The translations under genes and the position numbers were made by a program. A stretch of DNA of 63,142 nucleotides, counting the filler, from Octopus bimaculoides (Eukaryota): NCBI RefSeq assembly GCF_001194135.2. It is 9 parts of 9 records of this genome, joined end to end, with 100 filler letters (N's around TTAATTAATTAA, not from the genome) between each part and the next. Parts side by side here need not be neighbours in the genome. Positions count along the whole stretch, not along the records: positions 30,764 to 52,522 come from NC_068998.1; 8 more parts are not named here. The stretch is one strand, 5' to 3'. Under the pieces are notes generated by a model. That model saw only the letters and a program-made list of their open reading frames with translations, was not told where the DNA came from and ran no database searches. Positions 38,663-51,547 of this stretch are shown here, one piece after another (positions within the stretch are counted from its first letter, which is position 1; each line of letters begins with the position of its first letter).

Positions 38663-39959
38663 CCGTGCGCGTCCGTGCGCGCATGTGTGCATGTATGTGT
38701 GCCTGTACGAATGAGTGCGTAATACTGGAAGTTGAAGTTTGTTATTCAAAATCATTAGAGTAACATTCACTGAAAAACACTTGGTGCTTGTGTAGAACGT
38801 AATTCATTAGAAAATAAGTAAAAAGAAAAACAAAAGAAAAATGCAGAGTGAGTGATTGCAACGTCAAAATTCTGCCAGAAACAACTCGTCAGTTTCTTGT
38901 GAATGACGAACTGATGCCGGAAAAATTCGACCTGATAGTCACTCTGTGTTTCTTACAAAATAAATATTCCAATTTGTATTTCAGGCTATCAGACATGGAA
39001 TGCTGCTCGGTGAGCTACTTTCCAAGTCGCATGATACTATTTACCTCCTGTATAAGAACTTGGTCAAAGGATGCATTTCGACACTTACGACACCGAAAGG
39101 CAGTCTAGATCGATGTTGCTTCTGCCTCTTATCAGTTTGCAAATGAGTATTCTCTTTTTGTTTGCAAACAATACGCATCGACACATGGCTGATGGTCTTC
39201 GGTAAATCAGCTCTTTCTCGTGACTACTACTACAATGATCGTTGCGGTTGTGGCTGCTATTTGCCATAGTCATAGTAGAGGGACAATGGTTAGTTGAGAC
39301 AATGGCCTGTAATGTACCTGTTGGTACCTGTTGGAATGTCGCTAACTGTGAAACTACGTGGTGTTGTAGCATCGATCACAAATTTGTTCTGTTTGCCAAA
39401 AAAAAAAAAAACGATAATGTCATATCTTTTCTGAGTGAAGATACATTCACTAACGTTCTTCCGTTCCGCGAATGTTGCTTGTTGGCATAATTATTTCACA
39501 GTAAAATATTTTAGTTCTCGGTGCAGATTGTCCCAGTATGCTTTTAATATATTTATATATCCAACAGCGGGGTTTTGTGTTGCTCTTATATAGTAGTTAA
39601 ATAAATCATTATTTAGTTCATAACTGTAAGAAAAATATGTTTTGTAGTTATATCTTATAAAGCCACAACTAGAAAGAGTTTGTTTACCTTTTGTGATGAT
39701 GTTTTCGTTGTATTCTTCAACTATGTTGTTGATGATGTTGTCTGGTACAGCCATGATAATTGTAGTAACACTCTGCATGGTAGAGTCAAGTTTCAGTCGA
39801 AAACCACTACGATCTTGAATAAGTGGCTCTCTCAGTTAACTCATCTGAAGATTAACCAGTTCTTTAACAAAGCTGATAGCTGTGGCTCATTAGTCGGAGA
39901 TAGTGCTTTTCGTACACTCGATAATCAGTCTTCCACGCCAAACATACGATTTGTTAGAG

Positions 39960-40694
39960 GTCTTGTAGAAAGAAGTAACGAGGCATCACATGTCCATCAT
40001 TGCTGACAACCCCTAAAACCATGACAGTTGCATGAAATTTTGTACGCATAACACTTTTAACTTCAGAAGAATTTGCAAATGACCATCTTTCATTTCTTCT
40101 GTTAACTTTTTGATCTTAGTCGAAGCTTTTCTCATTTGAGAAAAACCAAATCAAATCTTCTGCTGGATTTTTGAGTTTGTTTAAGGGCCGTTTAAATCTG
40201 ATGTAGTGATTTTCTTTAGCTTTTTCTGACAAATTGACCTTTCCTCATCATATTAGATTTATATCTGATGTTTTCGTGGACAACATTTCCGACTCTTCCT
40301 TCTGGCGCATGGAAATCTTTTGCAATTGTCCTCATGGATTTTCTCAGATTGTAATCAAAGGTCTGTTGAACTTACTACATAAATTCAGGTGTTCTGATGA
40401 TTTCAGAGTGTTTAGAATGCATTTTATACTTTGATACTGGTGATACGTTTCCATCTTCAGTCTCTAGCTCCTTACAAACTTTGTAGACGAAAGATCTATC
40501 AACGTTTAAAAATCGAGATATTTCTAAATCGCTATGTTTAGCCTTTATAACCTCAATAACTGCATGCTTCTTCATTACTTGAGTAAGTTGATGGTTTGCC
40601 ATTATTATTTTCTGAACCAAAGATTATACAGAGCTAGCAAAAAATGAAGCAATGACCCCAAAAAGGTATGTCCTCAAATACCTTACGCACCCAG
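39960..40694 (-). mobile_element. Tc1/mariner-superfamily (maT/DD37D-like) transposon, 5' half
   Basis: TA|CTGGGTGCGTAAGG terminus; HTH-like KHAVIEVIKAKHSDLEISRFLNVDRSFVYKV; then FSNEKSFD*DQKVNRRNERW and VMVLGVVSNDGHVMP. Multiple frameshifts. Confidence 0.75.
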
Positions 40695-41312
40695 TATATA
40701 TATATATATATATATNNNNNNNNNNNNNNNNNNNNNNNNNNNNNNNNNNNNNNNNNNNNNNNNNNNNNNNNNNNNNNNNNNNNNNNNNNNNNNNNNNNNN
40801 NNNNNNNNNNNNNNNNNNNNNNNNNNNNNNNNNNNNNNNNNNNNNNNNNNNNNNNNNNNNNNNNNNNNNNNNNNNNNNNNNNNNNNNNNNNNNNNNNNNN
40901 NNNNNNNNNNNNNNNNNNNNNNNNNNNNNNNNNNNNNNNNNNNNNNNNNNNNNNNNNNNNNNNNNNNNNNNNNNNNNNNNNNNNNNNNNNNNNNNNNNNN
41001 NNNNNNNNNNNNNNNNNNNNNNNNNNNNNNNNNNNNNNNNNNNNNNNNNNNNNNNNNNNNNNNNNNNNNNNNNNNNNNNNNNNNNNNNNNNNNNNNNNNN
41101 NNNNNNNNNNNNNNNNNNNNNNNNNNNNNNNNNNNNNNNNNNNNNNNNNNNNNNNNNNNNNNNNNNNNNNNNNNNNNNNNNNNNNNNNNNNNNNNNNNNN
41201 NNNNNNNNNNNNNNNNNNTATATATATATATATATATATATATGGGAGAATATACAAAAAATAACAACAGACGAGGACAGGTGGTGTAAATAACAAAAGT
41301 ATATATTAGTAT

Positions 41313-41367
<55 letters not shown>

Positions 41368-41845
41368 TGTAAAGTTAGATCCAAAGATCAAGTGTAGGAA
41401 GTTAGTGAGCTTCAAGCAATCCGTACAAAATCTAAACAATAATTTTCAGGAACGATAGTGGTTTATTAGCGCAAAAGGTTGTGAATTTATCCCATTTCGA
41501 AGTAAGATAAACTGAAAAAGTTAATTCTATAGCTCACGGCTAGCAACAAGGATTGTTGTATATGCGAACGAATAAATATTAAAACATTAGGGAATAGAGT
41601 AGATAAAATCCAGGCTTCATATGATGCATAGCTAGTAGAACTCCGGAAGCAGTAAATCATCCAAACGAGGTCTAGACCGCAAGCTACTCTTCAGGTCAAG
41701 GATGCCTTGATTATATGAAGTTTACATTGTCTTTGGGAGATCCCGTGTTAACTCATTGGGGATTCGATCCCCAATAAGCCACACTTGTTCCTACGGTTTG
41801 CTTGAAGCTCACTAACGTCCTACACTTGATTCTTGGATCTTACCT

Positions 41846-41909
<64 letters not shown>

Positions 41910-42289
41910 GTGATTGACTGGCGTCGCTTCGTCTGTGTAATTATAAATGTTTGTTTATATTGAATTTTTGTCAACATTTGGTTAACAACTTCAGCTTTCG
42001 TGTGTGATGGAATCGGTTTTCTGAATATCCCCGCCCTACGGGTGTATTTTCGTTTATTAAATTTCATAAATAAATTTTTTTTTTAATCTGTCCTGAAAAA
42101 TGGCTAACTTGGCTGAAGCAGCAAGCGTTCCTTCGTACTATTTAGACATTAACTTCCCTGCATTGCCGAACACTGGAGGGAAGAGAGGAAAAATGGTATC
42201 ACATTCATACACACACACTGTTGAAAAACGTCAACACATACTGACAACACCGTTTCAAGCAAGCATGTAGGAAACGAAATCAAGAATAA

Positions 42290-43180
42290 TGAGCAAATAT
42301 CTATTGCCACCACCGTTGCCACCACCACTGTCTCTGCTACAGCCAACACTACCACCACCATCATCACCACCAACACCATCACCACCACCACCACAACCAC
42401 CGCCACCATCACTACCACCACCACCACCACCACATACAAGGAGCAACAGCAACAAAAACAACAAAAAAACAACCACAACTAGAAAACCAAAAACCAAAGA
42501 AAAAAACCAGTACTGCTACCCACACCGCCATATGCACAGCTGATAAAACAGCTCTACCAAGAAATGAAAGAGCATCAACAACCAACAAGCCAGCCCAACC
42601 AAACGACACTCCCATCAGCACCAGCAAGAACAAAAACAACACCATCACCATCAACAACACCACCACCAACAAGAACATCAACAATAGAACCATCAAACGA
42701 AGAAGTGAAAAACAAACGGACTCATACCCCACGGCCAAAATCCCATACTCCACATCCCAACTGTCACCAACCAGCACCAACACCACCAACAAAATCATCA
42801 TTAACACCCTCAGAAATAGACCTCCAATACCCTTCCACTCCCACTTTCTGATTCCTCCGATATGTCGTCCGATGAAGGTGATACGGAGGAATGGCAAGTG
42901 GCCAAAGGGGGAAGGAGAAAAAAGTGAGGAAAAAGAGTAGAGAAGCAAACAAACAAAGCAGGGAGGTTTACCACTTCTGAAACCAAGACACTCGCACAAA
43001 ACAAAAGCATTAACACAAACACAGAAACGCACAATGAATCCACAATGCTGACAGCAATACGCACAAACAATTCAAACCTAATGCAATACATAACGTCAAA
43101 CAACAACATAACAAAAGACAATGTCAAAAAAAAAAACAATCACCCACGCACGACACCACCACAACACACAAAACACTGCA
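42290..43180 (+). repeat. C/A-rich low-complexity tract (CCA/ACA), possibly the Pro/Thr-rich end of a LINE ORF1
   Basis: (CCA)n-rich sequence directly upstream of a Tx1-type endonuclease; the ORF1 assignment is inference. Confidence 0.55.
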
Positions 43181-43209
43181 CGTGGCACAAAACACACACA
43201 AGACACTAA

Positions 43210-44090
43210 AATCTCTGAACATAAAGTCACACAATGTGGACATCATAGTCATTAGTGAGACCAGACTCCACAACCCGCAGGCCTTCCATCACATGTTCGC
43301 CGGACAATTCGACATTTATATTCCTCCATGTCTGCCGAGAATGGCCGGAGGTGGTACCGTGGTGCCTTTTCGCAAGAGTCTGGGCCTCAAAGTAGGAGCA
43401 ATATTCCTAGACCCGGAGGGTAGGCTGGCCGTCTTGGTTGTCAATGGTAATAATTGGTATGCTTTTCGACTGATAACAGTTTATGCACCGACCTTAGCAA
43501 GCCGGCCGGATTTCTTTCGACGTCTAGAGGTTTTCCTGGGAACATCTCGATCTTTACTTTTAGTGTGGGACGGGAACGATACCTTGGACACGCATCTAGA
43601 CTACGTGGGTAGAGATAGCAATAGGAGGGGATGTAAATGCCTGAAAGACTTGCTCAGACATTTCCAACTGTCTGACAGGTACGGACTCGACCACCCGAAT
43701 GTGCCAATGTGGATATAGAGCAACCGCATCAGGTTGTCCAGATCGTATTTAGACAGAGTATTCTGTAGGACAGTGTATAGGGATAGTGTAGGTTGTCCCC
43801 AATTTCATATAGCCATCTACACAGATCACTAATTTATGACTTGTACGCTTGATTTAATTAAGTATCATAGGCAGAGTCCAGGTTACTCGAAACTGAACGC
43901 CTTCTTCACGGCGCGACAGATTTACGGACCGGATTAACCGGGTGTTGACGGAATCCATCGTCAACAATAGATGGTGGTATGCTCTAAAGAAAGCAATTGA
44001 AGCAGAAAAGGTTAGGTGTAGTAAGGCTCAAACGATAGATCGAAATAGAATAGTGGGAGACCTAGTTAAGAAATTAGAAGAGGCACATAG
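43210..44090 (+). mobile_element. L1/Tx1-clade LINE ORF2 5' fragment (APE endonuclease)
   Basis: VDIIVISETRL, DPEGRL, FRLITVYAP, FFRRL, RSYLDRVF, YTDH, then SPGYSKLN (typical PGYWKLN); stops and frameshifts; ends at a SINE A tail. Confidence 0.85.
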
Positions 44091-44248
44091 AAGGCTTACA
44101 AAGAATAAGTCCTGGTGTGGATTTGTTCGACTAAAGGTGGTGCTCCAGCTTGGACGCAATCAAATGACTGAAACGAGTAAAAGCGCAAAAGAATATATAC
44201 ATATGTGTGTGCGTGTGTATGTGTGAAAACAAGAAAAGAAAAATTGGC

Positions 44249-44377
44249 GATACAATTAATGAATAACAATTGATTTACATCAATTATCATTTATTACTTA
44301 ATTACAAGAAGACAGAATTTGTAATTAATTAATAAATGATAATTGATGTAAATCAATTATTATTCATGAATTGTATC
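44249..44377. repeat. Near-perfect inverted repeat, 59-bp arms, 11-nt loop
   Basis: 44249-44307 vs 44319-44377: 3 mismatches in 59 bp. Confidence 0.93.
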
Positions 44378-44681
44378 TCCATTTTCTGTTTTCTTTGAAT
44401 TTCGATAAACTCTAATTTATTTTATTTTTGTCACTACCTATCATCTATGAGCATTAACACCAATGCTCATGATTAAATATAGGCAATACACCAGCCAGTG
44501 GATTCATAGGATACAAGTATCTCTTAGACGGTTGTTATAACCCCTAACTTAACTCCCCTACACACACACACACATACGTGCTTGTGCATACTTTTGTTAA
44601 GTATATAAATCTCTTTCTATATACATGTGTGTGTGTGTGTGGGCGTACGCGGGCCTATATACACATCTATACGTATATATA

Positions 44682-44960
44682 TGAGGTTGCAAAGAAAATT
44701 CTGTCGCATTTCATGATGTAAAAGTAACAAATACTTCTTTGGATTAATTGATACATTTAATCAACATATCTCCCGTCATTATTAATAAAATAATCTCATC
44801 TATATAACAAATTGTTGATCCCTCGAGTATAAAATTCTCCAGATTTTGAAAGAAAGAAACAGTACTTTTAAACTAATCATAGTTAATACAATTTGTTGTG
44901 TCTGGAGAGAGTCATATTTTTTTAAAGCTTTATTATCTAATACACTCACGGTTCGATTTC
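44682..44960 (-). mobile_element. mariner 3' end fragment
   Basis: Minus strand reads EFYTRGINNLLYR*DYFINNDGRYVD*, resembling mariner C-termini; terminus abuts (TA)n. Confidence 0.6.
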
Positions 44961-45729
44961 ACTCATCTATTATTTATATTTTTTCTTTTCTTTCTTCTTT
45001 AAAAATTTTCGCTGCTTTTGCCGCCTTGTCAATGGATGTCGACTTTGTTATTGCTTCAATACACGAGTTCACAAAGAAACTTGCAAATGAGATACAAAAA
45101 CGAGGTTAATAAATTATGTTCTCACTAAATACTGTCGTGATGATGATAGTCAGATGGAACAAGATCAGGAGAGTTAAGAAGTAGGCTATTTTGTAGGTCT
45201 CAATCTGTAAGAAATCGTGTATTGGCGGAGTTTCACAAAATCGTCCTCTGAAGGCGCTGTAGCGTTCTCATCGTTTTAGTTTTAAAAATTTCTCACTACC
45301 TACATCTTCTTTTATTACTCACACTCCCTTATCCTAACGCTTAATTTCCCACGCTACTCTGTTCCTCGCCTCTGTTGCTCTCGTCTATGAACTGCTATAA
45401 TACTTTGACTCCTTTGCTATTTTGAACTGACAACATTTCTTCAGTCAAATATTAACTTTATCTACTCTGTTTAGTCTTCGTCAAGTAATATCTTCATTTT
45501 GTTTTTCCCCTTAACCGCCCATTCTATTTGACTCTTCCGTCTGCTTCTTTTCACTCATTCCCCACTATCTCCACTCTGCCGTCTTTAAACCTATAGACAT
45601 GTAGACATTGCTAGAAAACACGTATGATACTTAATCTATCGGTCTTTTCCCCGAACCGCTAAGTTACGAAGACTTAAACCAACACCAATTGTCCATAGTA
45701 GTGGGGGTCAAACATTAACATTCATACAT

Positions 45730-46125
45730 ATAACTGTGTGGTAAGTAGCTTGCTTCCCAACCACATGGTTCTGGGTTTATTCCCACTGCGTGGCACATTG
45801 GGCAAGTGTCTTCTATAGCCTCGGGCCGACCAAAGCCTTGTGAGTGGATTTGGTAGACGGAAACTGAAAGAAGCTCGTCGTATATATGTATATGCATGTA
45901 TGTGTGTGTATATGTTTGGGTGTCTGTGTTTGTCCCCCCAACATCGCTTGACAACCGATGATGGTGTGCTTACGTCCCCGTAACTTAGCGGTTCGGCAAA
46001 ACTGACCGATAGAATATGTACTAGGCTTACAAAGAATAAGTCCTGGGGTCGATTTGCTCGACTAAAGGCGGTGCTCCAGCATGGCCGCAGTCAAATGACT
46101 GAAACAAGTAAAAGAGTAAAAGAGT
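45730..46125 (+). mobile_element. SINE family A, near full length
   Basis: Head, body, internal microsatellite and tail. A short minus-strand family A piece lies just upstream (about 45625-45715). Confidence 0.92.
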
Positions 46126-46657
46126 ATATATATATATAGGAGAGNNNNNNNNNNNNNNNNNNNNNNNNNNNNNNNNNNNNNNNNNNNNNNNNNNNNNNNN
46201 NNNNNNNNNNNNNNNNNNNNNNNNNNNNNNNNNNNNNNNNNNNNNNNNNNNNNNNNNNNNNNNNNNNNNNNNNNNNNNNNNNNNNNNNNNNNNNNNNNNN
46301 NNNNNNNNNNNNNNNNNNNNNNNNNNNNNNNNNNNNNNNNNNNNNNNNNNNNNNNNNNNNNNNNNNNNNNNNNNNNNNNNNNNNNNNNNNNNNNNNNNNN
46401 NNNNNNNNNNNNNNNNNNNNNNNNNNNNNNNNNNNNNNNNNNNNNNNNNNNNNNNNNNNNNNNNNNNNNNNNNNNNNNNNNNNNNNNNNNNNNNNNNNNN
46501 NNNNNNNNNNNNNNNNNNNNNNNNNNNNNNNNNNNNNNNNNNNNNNNNNNNNNNNNNNNNNNNNNNNNNNNNNNNNNNNNNNNNNNNNNNNNNNNNNNNN
46601 NNNNNNNNNNNNNNNNNNNNNNNNNNNNNNNNNNNNNNNNNNNNNNNNNNNNNNNNN

Positions 46658-46698
<41 letters not shown>

Positions 46699-46702
46699 GT
46701 AG

Positions 46703-47045
46703 GGTAAAGAACCCCTTCGGTCATGAATGACCATGGGAAGAATGCACCTAGAAAGTTACCTTCTGAGGTACAAGTCAGAGCAAGGTTGTTTATGGCAGAA
46801 TAGTAGTCGCCCATGCATACCGACCTCCCCTCCCCACACTACCGATGTTATCCAAGAGATAAGGTAAAAGCTGATACAGCTTGGCACCAGTGACGTTGCA
46901 ACTCATTTCTACAGCTGCGTAAACTGGAAATGCGTAAAATAAAGCGTGTTACACAAGAGTACAACACATAGCCCCGTCTGGGAATAAAACTCACTACCTC
47001 ATGATTGTGAACCCGACGCTTTAACCACTGAGCCATGCGCCTTCA
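46703..47045 (-). mobile_element. tRNA-derived SINE, CORE-like centre (related to family D)
   Basis: Minus strand TGAAGGCGCATGGCTCAGTGGTTAAAGC... then ...CCAGTTTACGCAGCTGTAGAAATGAGT, similar to the 1209 copy. Confidence 0.8.
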
Positions 47046-47206
47046 TTTTATATATATAAATATATGAGAGTATTGTAGTTCGCTTGAAATATTGTGTATT
47101 GTTTGTAAAAAGTAAATAATAATAATAATAATGTGTATTGAATGGCAGAACAATGCACTATAATAATAACAATGGACTATAATAACTGTTATAATTTAAT
47201 CATGTA

Positions 47207-47251
47207 TAATCTAATATATTTCGGAGTATAAAAATTCCTTCTTCAGATATC
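47207..47251 (-). ncRNA. Minimal type I hammerhead-like ribozyme
   Basis: Minus strand GATAT-CTGAAGA-A-GGA(ATTTTTATAC)TCC-GAA-ATATAT-T-AGATT: intact core, 3-bp stem II, palindromic stem III, stem I 4/5 paired. Confidence 0.6.
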
Positions 47252-47550
47252 CATAGGAATTGATCGAGTCACTGCTATAATCGATTTCCCAACGGTTTTT
47301 TTCCCTTTGTTTCCCCCCCCCCCAGAAGCGTCTCTGTACTGGCCTCACGAAACGCCTTCCGGAATTCCTCGTGAGAAGAGCGTGAGGGCGGCCATGTCTC
47401 AAGTGCGCAGGTGCTGGCACATCCGTAGCGCTGCTTCTAAGTTATGTATTAAACGTGCAGTTTCCCTTCTTTTTTTCTCCTCCACCCTTTCTTTAATAAA
47501 TAATACATGAGCATGCCATCAAAAAAGAATCTCCACGCATTCAGAAGTAG

Positions 47551-48022
47551 CTAGAAAATATATTGACTGCCAAGCTCCAGCCTGTTGTTAATTTGGGGCC
47601 CTAGTCTATCTATGAGAATAGCTTCCTTAATTCTTAGATTACCCAAATTTCTTTCATTGGCCTCGGTTCTGACTATTATGCTTTTGGCGGTGTTCTGGCA
47701 TCTGTCTAGATGTTTCTGAAGGAGGAGGCTCTCGTGCTCAGATGTTCTTTGATGCGAACGCGTAACGGTCTTATTGTGCTACCCACATTAAACTTGTTGC
47801 ATTCATTACATTGTATTCTATGCACGACATTTAGCCGTTGGCATAAGTCTGTGTCACGGATGGGATAGTTTGATAATGTGCATTGATTGCTGTCCCTTAT
47901 CCGTTTCCTGGCGACGTGTCTTCTCAGAGAGGGGTCGGAGTGTGCAAGTTGTGTGTCTAGTCTTTCTCTTCTTATGGCTCTTCGGATGGCTGTAGTTACC
48001 CTCTCGCTAAAATGGGGTATAT
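47551..48022 (-). mobile_element. Penelope-like element, linker plus GIY-YIG endonuclease
   Basis: YIPHFSERVT...NVVHRIQCNECNKFNVGSTIRPLRVRIKEHL, a frameshift, then QKHLDRC...LRIKEAILIDRLGPQINNRLEL...*. Confidence 0.88.
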
Positions 48023-48329
48023 ATAGCCATATATATATGTATATATACATACATGCACACATATATATACATATTTACATATACATACATACATACANNN
48101 NNNNNNNNNNNNNNNNNNNNNNNNNNNNNNNNNNNNNNNNNNNNNNNNNNNNNNNNNNNNNNNNNNNNNNNNNNNNNNNNNNNNNNNNNNNNNNNNNNNN
48201 TATATATATACATGCATAGATATACACATGCATAGATATACACATGCATATGTATATATACATACATGCACACATATATATACATATTTACATATACATA
48301 CATACATACATGTGTGTGTATGTGTGTGT

Positions 48330-48480
48330 GTGAGTGTGTTTCAGTTTCCCTCTAATAAATCCACTCACAAGATTTGGTTCGACAGGGGCTAAAGTAGAAG
48401 ACACTTGCCCTGCGTTGTACACAGCAAGACTGAACCCAGAACCATGTGATTGGGAAGCAATTTTTTTACAACACACCTAC
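48330..48480 (-). mobile_element. SINE family A 5' half, degenerate
   Basis: TTTCAGTTTCC..CTA.TAAATCCACTCACAAG...AGAAGACACTTGCCC is the reverse complement of the family A body. Confidence 0.75.
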
Positions 48481-49094
48481 AACTATGAATGTTGCGGAGG
48501 TCTTACCATATATGGGTGTATGTTATATTATACAAGGAATAAACATTATCAGACAGAGATCACAGTAGAAAACGAAGAATCGGATTATTAATTTTTATAT
48601 CGAGTAAGTGACTGAGAGTCCATTTTCCAAGACGACAGGATGTGATCAGAAAGCGATTTGGTTTCTAATCCTAGCCACTTGTTCTACCAAACAGAGGCTG
48701 TCACACGGGTACTTATGATTTGAAGTAGATGTAACTTCTATTCGTAATTGCTCATGCGCCTAGGTAGAGACAACTTCCTAAGCGCATTGCATGCGATGAG
48801 CTTCACATGTTGCCTCTCCAAGACAGATTTGCTTGGATCGACCTATCACGCACGCCTACCTAGTTTGAAATCCTAGCAGTAGAAGTTTGATTGAGTTACG
48901 GGGCAGTGGGATCGATACAAAAACCATATGGCTGCAAAGCGAAATTCTTTAACGTGTGGTTGTCTCAAAGCCGACCAAATTGTAGTGGGTAATATTTTTA
49001 GAATTTCTAATCTTTTGCACTTTTCATTTAATATCATTTAATGTTTCTGTCGGAAATTATCCATCCATGTGTATGAATGTGTATGAATATGAGC

Positions 49095-49102
49095 ACACAC
49101 AA

Positions 49103-49184
<82 letters not shown>

Positions 49185-49240
49185 GCGCATGCACACACAC
49201 GCACACACACACATACACACACACACGCACACACACACAT
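49095..49240. repeat. (CA)n microsatellite
   Basis: Direct dinucleotide run. Confidence 0.97.
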
Positions 49241-50183
49241 GAGTACATACACAATGAAATATACGGTTTATATATTCATGTATAAATTTAAGGTAGCACT
49301 AATTGAATTTGTGTTTCTTGTGGGTTTGATGGTTCTTTAAATTAGCACCAGGTTTTGAACTCATACACCTACTTAAGAATAATCAAATATACTAACCTGA
49401 TTATCTTTTTTTACATGCTACAATACTATTCCTGTGGATTAGACATTATATTTTAAGTGAAGTTGAGCAAATGTTTTTGTTGTTGCTTATGATTTCATTT
49501 TATTTGATTTTATTTTCGTCATTTTATGTAGGTCATTGATTAGCAGAGCTCACATTTTTTTAAAACTTTATTTATTATTTATTTATTTATCTATTTGTGA
49601 AATCCTTAATTTTCCTACATAATGGCTTTTCGCGGAATTCTTACTCGCAGACCATTTATAATGTGAAAAAAAAATCTCTCTACAAAGCAAGGTAATTTCT
49701 TTTGCATGATTATTTGCAATATTTCTAAAAGCTTCGATGTGCATGTAGTGGGTTTTGCGATATAAAGAATAGGTGGGGAATGAAAATACGAGATTATAAA
49801 CTTTAGTTCGCTAAGAAAATTCCAGGAAAAGTATGTACGCTCTAATTGTATTAACCTTTTACAAGAGTTCATGTATCCGTTGTACCTGTTCAAATAAATT
49901 TTAACATTAATGAACATAGACGTACAATACATTTGAAGCTTTCTGTGTATTAAGCATAATCCAGTAGTTGAAAAATTTAATTCATATAATAGTATTTTCT
50001 TAGACACATATACGAGCCTTGACGAACATACACATTTTTCTATATTATATATACATATATTTATACATCTATATACATATATATAAGCATGTATGTATAT
50101 ACATGTGTATGCATATGTATGCATGTGAATGTATATATGTGTGCATACATACATCCATGCATACACGCATGAAAGCATAAATG

Positions 50184-50231
<48 letters not shown>

Positions 50232-50683
50232 TGTGTGTGTTAAAATCACTAAGAGCCTTGTGAGTTACAGGTACCCAGGGTTTACTGGCCGAAATATTTA
50301 TCTAATTCGCCATTTATCAAGTGGGTGAAAACTACCAGACCGTTCAGTAAATTGTGTTCGATACAATCGACATTTGAATGAACATGTGAATATAGAACAA
50401 GACAGAGAGAAACGCAGAGGAAATGATTAACTTCACGATATATATAACCAGTATTTTACGAATATCAAATATTACATGAAAAACAGCAAAACGGTTTATG
50501 ATGTCTCTGATGCTTTATGCCAGCTTCATAAATGGTGAAATAAATTAATATTTCGACCAAGAAAATCCCTCGATAATTTTTTTAACTGATCGAGTGCTTT
50601 AATACTTGTTGAAAATTATACAATATACATATACATACACACACATACATACAAACATACATACAGAGAGAGAGAGAGAGAGA

Positions 50684-50728
<45 letters not shown>

Positions 50729-50884
50729 CATTCATTTTATTTCAAGATTTCTTGCCAAAAGAGAAAGAACCGATTTCTAATGCTCTTTCAGTGGAATTTC
50801 AACATCAACATCAAAAGAAGAATGAGCTGATTTCTTACAACGATACAAAGCTCCATGTTTGGAATGTAAATAACGAAAAGAACG

Positions 50885-51258
50885 CTACATTTTAAATCTG
50901 AGAAAAATCTTGCATAGTTTTACTGCTCCACTTATAGATTGTATTTGTAATGTGCGAATCAGTTGGTTGATTTCTTTTTCTGAAAATCGAAGCATATCCA
51001 AACTGAAGGTTAGGCATTTACTTACAATACCAAGTACCACAATTATCATTGGTATAAACGTAAATTTGTAATCCGGATATAGAAGCAGGAGTTTTCGAAG
51101 CAGTTGTCTATAATTATCTCCTTTCTCTTTGACTTTCAAAGAGATATTCACAATAGCAGGGCAGCTGACATCTATGATGGTACATACTTTTTCTGGCCTG
51201 TCTCAAACAATAATATCCGGTTTATTACGGTTACACTTGACAAATGTTTCGATGGGAA
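50885..51258 (-). mobile_element. Non-LTR retrotransposon 3' fragment with restriction-like endonuclease (NeSL/R4/HERO-type)
   Basis: W*NIPIETFVKCNRNKPDIIV*DRPEKVCTIIDVSCPAIVNISLKVKEKGDNY...FIPMIIVVLGIV...LQIQSISG fits the PD-(D/E)xK RLE C-terminus. Confidence 0.8.
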
Positions 51259-51547
51259 TATTCTACCAGTATTCCTTATGTTTATGTTTGTGTATGTATT
51301 AAATAACCAGGTTATTCTCTATATTCATTCCATGTATGTATGTACGTATGTATGTATGTATGAATGCATGCATGCATGCATGTATGTATGTATGTATGAA
51401 TGCATGCATGCATGTATGTATTTATGTATGTATGGAGGAAGTTATGTATGTATGTATGTATGTATGTATGTATGCATGTATGTATGTACGTATGTATTGG
51501 TGCGTCATTACACTAATAATAATAAACGCAATATCACTTCTTTAGTG

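Noticed and set aside
41755-41775. Perfect 9-bp hairpin ATTGGGGAT-TCG-ATCCCCAAT resembling a tRNA T-arm
   Set aside because: No surrounding tRNA or SINE structure; too short to interpret.
48040-48310. Identical ~55 bp on both sides of a gap
   Set aside because: Low-complexity sequence flanking Ns; probably overlapping contig ends.
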